Shown here in pieces: positions 12,601 through 23,106 of a stretch of 64,000 nucleotides of DNA (positions are counted from its first letter, which is position 1; each line of letters begins with the position of its first letter). The notes under the pieces were generated by a model. The model had not been told where the DNA came from and made no database searches. It saw only the letters and a list, made by a program, of their open reading frames with translations. Position numbers and translations under genes: made by a program. Origin of the DNA: Phaeosaccion multiseriatum (taxonomy: Eukaryota; Protista; Ochrophyta, other classes); assembly GCA_965112735.1 (NCBI GenBank), contig OZ218959.1, positions 1,302,001 through 1,366,000 of the forward strand, read 5' to 3'.

Positions 12601-13950
12601 TCCCTCCTTCCCTATCTGCCTCCCTCCCTCCCTCCCTCCCTCCCTATCTGCCTGCCTGCCTGCCTCCCACTTCAGTTACTTGGACAAGGGCCTCGTTGAC
12701 GTTGATCCGTTTGTCTCCCTCGGTAAGCGATTCGCCCCCCCCCCTGCCTCCACTGCCATCCCCTTCCCTTCCACTGCCCATCCACTGCCATCTCACATGC
12801 CTCCTCTAGGCCGCGCCTTCTTTGCTGTTCGCTATTCCTTGTGAGTCGTTCTGTTCGATCTTCACTTACTCTCTCCCTCCTCTTCTCCCCCCCCCCCTTC
12901 TCTCTCTATCCAGACACGGAGGGTGTGGGTGCCCTCATCGACACGGCAGTGACAAAGGCGAGAAGCACCACTCCAGACATCACAATTGGCATCTGCGGAG
13001 AACATGGGGGGGACCCTGCCAGCATCCACTTCTTCCATGGCCAGGTGAGAGGAGGGGGGGGGGAGGGAGGGAGAGGGAGGGAGGGAGGGAGAGAGGAAGA
13101 GACGGACGGAGGGAGGGAAGGAGGGATGGAGGGAGGGAAGGATGAAGGGCTCTATGGATCCAAACTGCACAGAGAGGATGAGCAAGAGATATAGAGCTGT
13201 AGAGAGGGAGAGAAAGCTGGAGAGAGGGAGAGAGGGAGAGCTGGAGAGAAGGAGTGAGAGTGAGAGTGAGAGAGAGAGGGGGAGAGGCGGAGAGAGGGGG
13301 AGAGAGAGAGCTGGAGAGAGGGAGAGAGCGGGAGAGAGAGGGGGGGAGAGAGAGGGGAGGGAGAGAGAGGGCTGGAGAGAGAGGGCTGGAGAGAGAGAGA
13401 GAGAGAGGGAGAGAGCGGGAGAGAGAGGGGGGGAGAGAGAGGGGAGGGAGGGAGAGGGCTGGAGAGAGAGGGCTGGAGAGAGAGAGAGAGAGAGAGAGAG
13501 AGCGGGAGAGAGAGGGGGGGAGAGAGAGGGGGGGAGAGAGAGGGCTGGAGAGAGGGCTGGAGAGAGAAATTGTGCGTGTCGTCGGCCCCCCTCGGCCGCT
13601 CCTCCCCCCCCTTGGCTGATCCCGTGTGTCTGGACGCTTGTGCCTTCGACGGTACCGTACCATCTGGCCGCATGCCTGACTGACTGATGGCTTCGCCTTC
13701 CTCCCTCCTCCTCCTCCTCCTCCTCCTCCTCCTCCTCCTCCTCCTCCTCTTCCTCCTCCTCCTCCTCCTCCTCCCCGACAACAACCCCATCACCCAACAG
13801 AAAATGGCCTACGTGAGCTGCTCTCCGTTCCGAGTGCCCACGGCACGTATCGCAGCCGGGCAGATCGCCGCTTCAGAGGCCATCCTCGCGGAAGAGAGGG
13901 CAGCGAAGAACAGAGAGATGAGGGACCTTGCACGCAAGTATGAGTTTTAA
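6708..13950 (+). CDS. PPDK: Pyruvate, phosphate dikinase, probably plastid-targeted, 17 exons
   Basis: Motifs [85 protein letters not shown] (catalytic His), [53 protein letters not shown]. Exons: 6708-7196, 7365-7479, 7746-7861, 8075-8191, 8398-8568, 8816-9055, 9205-9451, 9938-10074, 10282-10415, 10749-10850, 11111-11368, 11563-11781, 11930-12115, 12317-12453, 12676-12722, 12914-13044, 13801-13950. Intron 3 is GC-AG. Confidence 0.97.
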
Positions 13951-14367
13951 TTTTGAACACGGGCAGACACGCAAGTATGAGTTTTAAGTTTGAACACGGG
14001 CAGGCAGGCAGGCAGCAGGAAGGAAGGAAGGAATAAAGGGGGGAAGGAGGGAAGGAGGGAGGGAGAGAAGGAAGGAAGGAAGGAAGGAAGGAGGGAGGTA
14101 AGGAAGGAAGGAAGGATGGAGGGAAGGAAGGAAGGAAGGAAGGAAGGAGGGAGGGAAGGAAGGAAGGAAGGAAGGAAGGAAGGAAGGAAGGAGGCAAGGA
14201 GGGAAGGAGGGAAGGCAGGAGGGAAGGAAACAAGGAAGGAAGGAAGGAAGGAAGGAAGGGAAGAAGGAAGGAAGGAAGGAAGGAAGGGAGGAAGGAAGGA
14301 AGGAAGGAGGGTAGGTAGGAAGGAAGGTGTGTAAGTAAGAGGAAGAAAAGATGTACATGTAAAATAG

Positions 14368-14528
14368 AAGTCCGAACACTAGCGAGCGATACGACAGAGG
14401 ATAGAAGAGAGGGAGAGGGGTAGTGTAAAATAAGAAGTTGTAATATACAAGTCCGAACACTAGTGAGCGATACAACAGAGGATAGAAGAGAGGGAGAGGG
14501 GTAGTGTAATATAAGAAGTTGTAATATA
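14368..14528. repeat. Tandem duplication, 81-bp unit x2, following a (GGAA/GGGA)n tract
   Basis: aagtccgaacactag...gttgtaatata starts at 14368 and again at 14449. Confidence 0.85.
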
Positions 14529-15274
14529 GTGAGGGAGAAGATAGAGGAGAGAAGAGAGGGAGAGGGGCAGACAGAAACAGACAGATAGAGAAAAAGAGAG
14601 AGGGGGGGAGAGAGACGCGTTGATGCTTCTGAGGGCTGAACAAGTGGCCGCGAAGGAGGATGACTTTCAGCTTCAGGTTGACCGCAGGATACCACCCGAC
14701 CACCGGGCTCACCGTGTGCAAGGCAAGCAAGGCGAGAGGCGTCACACACGTAACAGTACATAACAGTGAGTTCATCTCAGTGCGCGCGTCCATTCCAGGC
14801 GGTAGGGAAGCTCGTGTGCAGATCAACCATGCACAGCGCAGAGATCAGTGTACAGCAGTACGATAGAGGGGAGGGAGGAATTTCAATTCATTATTGCTGT
14901 ACCTAACTACGATTGTCTCACTGCGCCACCCAGTTGCCAGGCCAGGTCAGTTGGAGGGGCACACGCTGTTGCGATGTCCCCAGCGCAGTTACCAACAGGG
15001 CTCCATACAGTGCCAACAAATGTATTGTCTTAATAACAATCTCATCTACAACAGTGACCCGAGAGCCAAGCCATCCCAAATTGGTTGTCACTGGACCCCA
15101 ATTACAGACACTTCACTGACATATCTTAACACACGCACGCACGCACGCACGCACGCACACCGTCCCACAAAGACCCGCCGTCGTGTCGTCCTGATGCTGC
15201 CCATGTAGAAGCCGCTGCTGACAGGGGGCTGCTGCGTGCCGCTACACCAAAGGACGGGTCTGCTCGGGCCACAT

Positions 15275-16086
15275 TCAGTGCTTGCACCTGCCGTGCGACC
15301 AAGAGCACCCGAAGACGGACTTGACCCAGCAGTTGCACGAGGCTTCGTCGGTGAAGGCGCCGCAGCTGCCCGGCCACCCCAGCTTGGCGCAGTCCACCCC
15401 CGGAACCGGAGGAGGGGTGTAGTACACGGGAGCAGGGGTCGGCTCAATGGTGGGGTGAGGATAGTAGTGCACGGGGGCAGGCGTCGGAACCGGGGCAGGG
15501 GTGGGGGGGGGGTGTGAGGACACTTGATGTCTTCGGCGTAGGGCCCCCAGCCGCAGAAGCGACAGTTGGCCGTTCCGTCCGCGTTGCAGCCGAGTCCACC
15601 GAAGATACCCGGAGGGGTGTTGAGGCAGGTCTCGTCGACGTAGCAGGCTCGAGGCACTCCGCCCACCATTTCCTCGCGGCAGCAGGGGAAGAAGTCCACC
15701 CCCGGGGCAGGAGGAGGGGTGTAGTACACGGGAACAGGGGTTGGCTCAATGGTGGGATGAGGATAGTAGTGCACGGGGGCAGGCGTCGGAACCGGGGCAG
15801 GGGTGGGAGGGGGGGGGGGTTGAGGACACTTGATGTCTTCGGCGTAGGGCCCCCAACCGCAGAAGCGACAGTTGGCCGTTCCGTCCGCGTTGCAGCCGAG
15901 TCCACCGAAGATACCCGGAGGGGTGTTGAGGCAGGTCTCGTCGACGTAGCAGGCTCGAGGCACTCCGCCCACCATTTCCTCGCGGCAGCACGGGAAGAGG
16001 TCTGCTTCAAGTGGTGTTGCACGGCCAGCTTCAAGCTGTCCAACCAGCAGCCCCAGTGCCGACAGCATCATGCATGAGAGCTTCAT
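15275..16086 (-). pseudogene. Secreted Cys-module protein, copy 1: two 8-Cys modules, frameshifted before the C-terminal 6-Cys module (or a homopolymer assembly error)
   Basis: Near-identical to 24300-25115 but lacks 4 nt (TCCC) in the poly-C tract at ~15503-15512. The ORF therefore runs on to 15088 in another frame, while the normal C-terminus (...HGRCKH*) lies at 15275 in a shifted frame. Confidence 0.75.
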
Positions 16087-16199
16087 GGTGTGCCTTTACC
16101 TTCTTCTTTCCCTTCTTCTTCCTCTTCTTCTTCTTTTGTCACTCTTGCTGTCTTGTTTGTGGGAAAGGAGGGTGGAGAGGGATTTTGTTGCTTGTGCAG

Positions 16200-16566
16200 T
16201 CATCCCGCATCACAACTCCGTGTTTTCTCTTCCTTTTGCATAGTGCCTGTGCCGTGACCATAATATAACCCCTACATGCTCGTGATCGATCCATGAGAGA
16301 GATTTCTTCCCGCATCACAGCTCCATGTTTTCTCTTCCTTTTGCATAGTGCCTGTACCGTGACCATAACATAACCCCTACATGCTCGTGATCCATGAGAG
16401 AGATTTCTTCCCGCATCACAACTCCATGTTTTGTTCTTCTTCCTCCTTCTTTTGCATAGTGCCTAACTTCTTTTCCATAAGCAAATCCCTACATGTTCGT
16501 GATCCATGAGAGAGAGATGTCTTCCTGCATCACAACTCCATGTTTTCTCTTCTTTTTGCATAGTGC
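16200..16566 (-). repeat. Upstream array of ~100-bp units (gcactatgcaaaaggaagagaaaacatggag(c/t)tgtgatgcgggaagaaatctctctcatggatcacgagcatgtagggg), ~3.5 copies
   Basis: Reverse complement of the arrays at 20981-21386 and 23715-24185. Confidence 0.85.
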
Positions 16567-16664
16567 ATCTGCCTTTTCCTTCGTGATCTGATCACCTTGA
16601 AGTAGTAGGGAACGTTTATTGACTTCAGGGGAGGCAATTCGGCGGGAAATTCACAGACAGTCTA

Positions 16665-16888
16665 CCCCTGACACGCTATCGCCCACTTTCTCAATAGCGG
16701 ATGGCGCGCCGGCTGGCGCCGGCCGATAGCGGATAGCGTGCCGGCTGGCGCCGGCGATAGCGGATGGTGCGCCGGCTGGCGCCGGCCGATAGCGGATAGC
16801 GTGCCGGCTGGCGCCGGCGATAGCGGATAGCGCGCTGGCGCCGGGATAGCGCGCCGGCGATAGCGGATAGCGGATAGCGTGTCAGGGG
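16665..16888. mobile_element. MITE-like element with 16-bp perfect TIRs CCCCTGACACGCTATC...GATAGCGTGTCAGGGG
   Basis: TIRs at 16665-16680 and 16873-16888. The interior is made of repeated CGCTATC/GATAGCG and GCCGGCGCCAGCCGGC. Flanks are TCTA and TCGA. No coding capacity. Confidence 0.7.
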
Positions 16889-17301
16889 TCGAAGATAGGA
16901 CGCCCCTCCCTTCGTCCACACTGTACCTAACTACGATTGTCTCACTGCGCCACCCAGTTGCCAGGCCAGGTCAGTTGGAGGGGCACACGCTGTTGCGATG
17001 TCCCCAGCGCAGTTACCAACAGGGCTCCATACAGTGCCAACAAATGTGTTGTCTTAATAACAATCTCGTCTACTACAGTGACCCGAGAGCCAAGCCATCG
17101 ATCCCACAATGTTGTCACTGGACCCCAATTACAGACACTTCACTGACATATCTTAACACACGCACGCACGCACGCACGCACGCACACCGTCCCACAAAGA
17201 CCCGCCGTCGTGTCGTCCTGATGCTGCCCATGTAGAAGCTGCTGCTGACAGTGGGCTGCTGCGTGCCGCTACACCAAAGGACGGGTCTACTCGGGCCATA
17301 T

Positions 17302-18544
17302 TCAGTGCTTGCACCTGCCGTGCGACCAAGAGCACCCGAAGACGGACTTGACCCAGCAGTTGCACGAGGCTTCGTCGGTGAAGGCTCCGCAGCTGCCTGG
17401 CCACCCCAGCTTGGCGCAGTCCACCCCCGGGGCAGGAGGAGGGGTGTACTTCACGGGAGCAGAGGTCGGCTCAATGGTGGGGTGAGGATAGTAGACGGGG
17501 GCGGGCGTCGGAGCCGGGGCGGGGGTGGGGCCACCATGACCCTGAGGACACGCGATGTCTTCGCCTCGGCGTAGGGGCCCCAACCGCAGAAGCGACAGTT
17601 GGCCGTTCCGTCCGCGTTGCAGCCGAGTCCACCGAAGATGCCGGGAGGGGTGTTGAGGCAGGTCTCGTCGACGTAGCAGGCTCGAGGCACTCCGCCCACC
17701 ATTTCCTCGCGGCAGCAGGGGGAGGGGTCTGTTTCAATCGTCGACTCAAGGCAGGGTGGTCGGGAGGGGGGGTAGAAGAGAGATTGAGGAAGCCGTAACG
17801 AGGAGTACGTAGAGCAACACAGCGACAAGTGTAGGGGACAAGGACAAGCAAGGTCCTTCTCGGTGTCGGAGCAAAGGTTCTTATCACGCACCTGCTGCGC
17901 GCTCGCGCCTCACCACATTTGGCGTCGTTCCCCCCTCCCAAATCCCCCGAGTACACGCTGCTGCAGCTCTCAATACGGCCATTCTCAGGGCCATCCTCAT
18001 CCCTGGTGGGCCCGCCAGGGGCCCAGCCAGGCAGTGTAGAAGCTGGTGGCACTGATGAAGCTCGTGCCGTCGTCCCAGCCACCCATAAGAGTATCTGCGG
18101 GAGTTGATATGGGTCGATCTCAAGCCGATCCAAACAGGCTCGAGCTCTCCTCCAACAAGCAGCTCGATGACGGCTTCGTTCTCGCTCGTGGTCGTCGTTG
18201 ATGGACACGACGTATCCTCCAGCCACTGGCCGCGCACACGGCCTGCGCATCACTGTATGGGAGCGGCGTTGGCACGTATGCGCACTCCGACCAGCCAAGG
18301 GAAGCTTATAGCTACTAAGGAGTATTGTGGAAACGGAGGAGGGGGAAGGGAGATTAGCAGCCCCAGCGCCACCAGCATCATGCAGGAGAGCTTCATATTA
18401 GCAGCCCCCCAGCGCCACCAGCATCATGGCTGCAGGAGCGAGAGCTTGCTTCATATTCGCAGCCCCCCAGTGCCACCAGCATCATGCAGGAGAGCTTCAT
18501 ATTAGCAGCCCCAGCGCCACCAGCATCATGCAGGAGAGCTTCAT
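17302..18544 (-). pseudogene. Pseudogene, copy 2: decayed C-type lectin + one Cys module + C-terminal 6-Cys module (inverted paralog of 18945-20315)
   Basis: Lectin fragments (GGYVVSINDDHE, PVWIGL, WAPGGPTRDE, GNDAKC) are scattered over different frames with stops. The signal-peptide start is tandemly repeated 4 times at 18352-18544. Confidence 0.85.
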
Positions 18545-18678
18545 GGTGCCGCCCTTCGCCTTGCTGAGATCACTCCCTCCCTCTTCTTCCTTCCTTTACT
18601 TGTGAGAGATCACTCCAAATTTTTTCTTTTTTTTTTCTTCCAGCGAACTTTTTCACTGTTGGGTGTACACTGCTCCTT

Positions 18679-18681
<3 letters not shown>

Positions 18682-18718
<37 letters not shown>
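18682..18718. repeat. Poly-T tract (37 nt) near the inversion centre of the cluster
   Basis: Seen directly, between the divergent starts at 18544 (-) and 18945 (+). A second T-rich run lies at ~18620-18638. Confidence 0.9.
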
Positions 18719-18723
<5 letters not shown>

Positions 18724-18944
18724 CTTCCTTGAGGGGACATGATCACGGCACTCACAAACATGAGGAGAAAGGAAGAGAAAACATGGAGTTGTGATGATGT
18801 GCGGGATGAATGCACAAGCAACAATAGCCCTCTCCACCCCCCTTTCCCGCAAACAAGCAAGACAGCAAGCAAGAGTGACACAAGAAGAAGAAGAAGAAGA
18901 AGAAGGGGCCAAGAAGAAGGGAAAGAAGAAGGTGAAGGCACACC

Positions 18945-20315
18945 ATGAAGCTCTCATGCATGATGCTGGTGGCGCTGGGGCTGCTGGTCGGACAGCTTGA
19001 AGCCCAGGAAGCTGACGATCCAATTGCACCACCTCCGCTATCTCCACAATACTCCTTAAGCTTCTCTGGGTCGGAGTACGCACACGTGCCAGCGTGGCTC
19101 CCATATGATGAGGCGCAGGCCGTGTGCGTGGCCAGTGGAGGATACGTCGTGTCCATCAACGACGACCACGAGAACGAAGCCGTCATCGAGCTGCTTGGAG
19201 TTGTGCAGATCTTCCAACCTGTTTGGATCGGCTTGAGATCGTCCTTTATCAGACGTGGCAGTTATGCTTTTGGGTGGGAAGACGGCACGAGCACGAACAG
19301 GGGCTCCAACAACTACACTGCCTGGGCCCCTGGCGAGCCCAGGGATGAGCTTAACGCTATCATTGAGGGCTGCACTGTGTACTCGGCGGATTTGGGAGGG
19401 TGGAACGACGCCAAATGTGATGAGGCTTGGACCTTCGTGTGCGAGCGTCCTACACGTACGTGGCTGATGGGAACCTTTGCTCCAACACCGACAAGGACCT
19501 CGCTTGCCCTTGCTCCCGCACCTGCCGCTGTCTTGCGGCTGTCGGTACTCCTCGTTATGGCTTCCTCAATCTCTCTTGACTTCCAACCCCCCTCCCAACC
19601 ACCACTCATTCTGACAGAGTCGACGATTGAAACAGACCTCTTCCCGTGCTGCCGCGAGGAAATGGTGGGCGGAGTGCCTCGAGCCTGCTACGTCGACGAG
19701 ACCTGCCTCAACAGCCCTCCCGGTATCTTCGGTGGACTCGGCTGCAACGCGGACGGAACGGCCAACTGTCGCTTCTGCGGCTGGGGCCCCTACGCCGAAG
19801 ACATCGCGTGTCCTCAGGGCCAGGGTGTCCCGCCCACCCCAACCCCCACCCCTGCTCCCGTGAAGTACACCCCTCCTCCTGCCCCGGAGGTGGACTTCTT
19901 CCCGTGCTGCCGCGAGGAAATGGTGGGCGGAGTGCCTCGAGCCTGCTACGTCGACGAGACCTGCCTCAACACCCCTCCGGGTATCTTCGGTGGACTCGGC
20001 TGCAACGCGGATGGAACGGCCAACTGTCGCTTCTGCGGTTGGGGGCCCTACGCCGAAGACATCGTGTGTCCTCAGGGTCATGGTGGCCCCACCCCCGCCC
20101 CGGCTCCGACGCCCGTCCCCGTCTACTACCCTCCCCCCACCATTGAGCCGACCCCTGCTCCCGTGTACTACACCCCTCCTCCGGTTCCAGGGGTGGACTG
20201 CACCAAGCTGGGGTGGCCGGGCAGCTGCGGCGCCTTCACCGACGAAGCCTCGTGCAACTGCTGGGTCAAGTCCGTCTTCGGGTGCTCTTGGTCGCACGGC
20301 AGGTGCAAGCACTGA
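18945..20315 (+). CDS. Secreted protein, copy 3 (456 aa): signal peptide + C-type lectin domain + two 8-Cys GGLGC/CRFC modules with Pro/Thr/Tyr linkers + C-terminal 6-Cys module; intronless
   Basis: Hydrophobic N-terminus MKLSCMMLVALGLLVGQLEA. CTLD hallmarks YDEAQAVCVASGGYVVSINDDHENEAV, VWIGL, WAPGEP, GWNDAKC, FVCE. Confidence 0.9.
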   Translation: MKLSCMMLVALGLLVGQLEAQEADDPIAPPPLSPQYSLSFSGSEYAHVPAWLPYDEAQAVCVASGGYVVSINDDHENEAVIELLGVVQIFQPVWIGLRSSFIRRGSYAFGWEDGTSTNRGSNNYTAWAPGEPRDELNAIIEGCTVYSADLGGWNDAKCDEAWTFVCERPTRTWLMGTFAPTPTRTSLALAPAPAAVLRLSVLLVMASSISLDFQPPSQPPLILTESTIETDLFPCCREEMVGGVPRACYVDETCLNSPPGIFGGLGCNADGTANCRFCGWGPYAEDIACPQGQGVPPTPTPTPAPVKYTPPPAPEVDFFPCCREEMVGGVPRACYVDETCLNTPPGIFGGLGCNADGTANCRFCGWGPYAEDIVCPQGHGGPTPAPAPTPVPVYYPPPTIEPTPAPVYYTPPPVPGVDCTKLGWPGSCGAFTDEASCNCWVKSVFGCSWSHGRCKH

Positions 20316-20730
20316 ATGTGGCCCGAGCAGACCCGTCCTTTGGGGTAGCGGCACGCAGCAGCCCCCTGTCAGCAGCGGCTTCTACGTGGGCAGCATCAGG
20401 ACGACACGACGGCGGGTCTTTGTGGGACGGTGTGCGTGCGTGCGTGCGTGCGTGCGTGCGTGTGTTAAGATATGTCAGTGAAGTGTCTGTAATTGGGGTC
20501 CAGTGACAACATTGTGGGATCGATGGCTTGGCTCTCGGGTCACTGTTGTAGACGAGATTGTTATTAAGACAATACATTTGTTGGCACTGTATGGAGCCCT
20601 GTTGGTAACTGCGCTGGGGACATCGCAACAGCGTGTGCCCCTCCAACTGACCTGGCCTGGCAACTGGGTGGCGCAGCGAGACAATCGTAGTTAGGTAGTG
20701 TGGACGAAGGGGGGGGCGTCCTATCTTCGA

Positions 20731-20885
20731 CCCCTGGCTGACACGCTATCCGCTATCCGCTATCGCCGGCGCGCTATCCGCTATCCCGGCGCCAGCCAGC
20801 GCGCTATCCGCTATCGCCGGCGCCAGCCGGCACGCTATCCGCTATCGGCCGGCGCCAGCCGGCGCGCCCTCCCCTCTCTCTGGGG
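20731..20885. mobile_element. Degenerate copy of the CGCTATC MITE-like element (left TIR interrupted, right TIR mostly lost)
   Basis: Same flanks (ctatcttcga / tagactatctgtg) and same internal CGCTATC repeats as 16665-16888. Confidence 0.6.
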
Positions 20886-20980
20886 TAGACTATCTGTGAA
20901 TTTCCCGCCGAATTGCCTCCCCTGAAGTCAATAAACGTTCCCTACTTCAAGGTGATCAGATCACGAAGGAAAAGGCATAT

Positions 20981-21386
20981 GCACTATGCAAAAAGAAGAG
21001 AAAACATGGAGTTGTGATGCAGGAAGACATCTCTCTCTCATGGATCATCACGAGCATGTAGGGATTTATGGAAAAGTTAGGCACTATGCAAAAGAAGGAG
21101 GAAGAAGAACAAAACATGGAGCTATGATTCGGGAAGAAATCTCTCTCATGGATCACGAGCATGTAGGGGTTTTGTTATGGTCACGGCACAGGTACTCCTA
21201 TGCAAAAGGAAGAGAAAACATGGAGCTGTGATGCGGGAAGAAATCTCTCTCATGGATCACGAGCATGTAGGGGTTAGAAGGGATGGTGACGGCCGGTACA
21301 GGCAGGCACTCTGCAAAAGGAAGAGAAAACATGGAGCTGTGATGCGGGAAGAAATCTCTCTCATGGATCACGAGCATGTAGGGGTT
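20981..21386 (+). repeat. Upstream array of ~100-bp units, 4 copies
   Basis: Four iterations of the ...aaaacatggag(c/t)t(g/a)tgat...catggatcacgagcatgtaggg unit immediately 5' of copy 4. Confidence 0.9.
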
Positions 21387-21486
21387 ATAATCCCTCTCCA
21401 CCCTCCTTTCCCACAAACAAGACAGCAAGAGTGACAAAAGAAGAAGAAGAGGAAGAAGAAGGGAAAGAAGAAGGTAAAGGCACACC

Positions 21487-22689
21487 ATGAAGCTCTCATG
21501 CATGATGCTGTCGGCACTGGGGCTGCTGGTTGGACAGCTTGAAGCTGGCCGTGCAACACCACTTGAAGCAGATCTCTTCCCGTGCTGCCGCGAGGAAATG
21601 GTGGGCGGAGTGCCTCGAGCCTGCTACGTCGACGAGACCTGCCTCAACACCCCTCCGGGTATCTTCGGTGGACTCGGCTGCAACGCGGACGGAACGGCCA
21701 ACTGTCGCTTCTGCGGTTGGGGGCCCTACGCCGAAGACATCAAGTGTCCTCAACCCCCCCCCCCTCCCACCCCTGCTCCGGTTCCGACGCCTGCCCCCGT
21801 GCACTACCATCCTCATCCCACCATTGAGCCAACCCCTGCTCCCGTGTACTACACCCCTGCTCCGGTTCCGGGGGTGGACTTCTTCCCCTGCTGCCGCGAG
21901 GAAATGGTGGGCGGAGTGCCTCGAGCCTGCTACGTCGACGAGACCTGCCTCAACACCCCTCCGGGTATCTTCGGTGGACTCGGCTGCAACGCGGACGGAA
22001 CGGCCAACTGTCGCTTCTGCGGCTGGGGGCCCTACGCCGAAGACATCAAGTGTCCTCACACCCCCCCCCCTCCCACCCCTGCCCCGGTTCCGACGCCTGC
22101 CCCCGTGCACTACTATCCTCACCCCACCATTGAGCCGACCCCTGCTCCCGTGTACTACACCCCTGCTCCGGTTCCGGGGGTGGACACCCCTGCTCCGGTT
22201 CCGGGGGTGGACTTCTTCCCCTGCTGCCGCGAGGAAATGGTGGGCGGAGTGCCTCGAGCCTGCTACGTCGACGAGACCTGCCTCAACACCCCTCCGGGTA
22301 TCTTCGGTGGACTCGGCTGCAACGCGGACGGAACGGCCAACTGTCGCTTCTGCGGCTGGGGGCCCTACGCCGAAGACATCAAGTGTCCTCACACCCCCCC
22401 CCCTCCCACCCCTGCCCCGGCTCCGACGCCTGCCCCCGTGCACTACTATCATCACCCCACCATTGAGCCGACCCCTGCTCCCGTGTACTACACCCCTGCT
22501 CCGGTTCCGGGGGTGGACACCCCTGCTCCGGTTCCGGGGGTGGACACCCCTGCTCCGGTTCCGGGGGTGGACTGCACCAAGCTGGGGTGGCCGGGCAGCT
22601 GCGGCGCCTTCACCGACGAAGCCTCGTGCAACTGCTGGGTCAAGTCCGTCTTCGGGTGCTCTTGGTCGCACGGCAGGTGCAAGCACTGA
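21487..22689 (+). CDS. Secreted Cys-module protein, copy 4 (400 aa): signal peptide + three 8-Cys modules + TPAPVPGVD repeats + C-terminal 6-Cys module; intronless
   Basis: Intact ORF. Module CCREEMVGGVPRACYVDETCLNTPPGIFGGLGCNADGTANCRFCGWGPYAEDIKCP occurs 3 times. Confidence 0.88.
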   Translation: MKLSCMMLSALGLLVGQLEAGRATPLEADLFPCCREEMVGGVPRACYVDETCLNTPPGIFGGLGCNADGTANCRFCGWGPYAEDIKCPQPPPPPTPAPVPTPAPVHYHPHPTIEPTPAPVYYTPAPVPGVDFFPCCREEMVGGVPRACYVDETCLNTPPGIFGGLGCNADGTANCRFCGWGPYAEDIKCPHTPPPPTPAPVPTPAPVHYYPHPTIEPTPAPVYYTPAPVPGVDTPAPVPGVDFFPCCREEMVGGVPRACYVDETCLNTPPGIFGGLGCNADGTANCRFCGWGPYAEDIKCPHTPPPPTPAPAPTPAPVHYYHHPTIEPTPAPVYYTPAPVPGVDTPAPVPGVDTPAPVPGVDCTKLGWPGSCGAFTDEASCNCWVKSVFGCSWSHGRCKH

Positions 22690-22798
22690 ATGTGGCCCGA
22701 GCAGACCCGTCCTTTGGGGTAGCGGCACGCAGAAGCCCCTGTTGCTTCTACATGGGCAGCATCAGGAGGACACGACGGCGGATCTTTGTGGGACGGTG

Positions 22799-22834
<36 letters not shown>

Positions 22835-23106
22835 TGTGTTAGGATATGTCAGTGAAGTGTCTGTAATTGGGGTCCAGTGACAACATTGTGGGATCGATGG
22901 CTTGGCTCTCGGGTCACTGTTGTAGATGAGATTGTTATTAGGACAATACATTTGTTGGCACTGTATGGAGCCCTGTTGGTAACTGCGCTGGGGACATCGC
23001 AACACCGTGTGCCCCTCCAACTGACCTGGCCTGGCAACTGGGTGGCGCAGTGAGACAATAGTAGTTAGGTACAGTGTGGACGAAGGGAGGGGCGTCCTAT
23101 CTTCGA

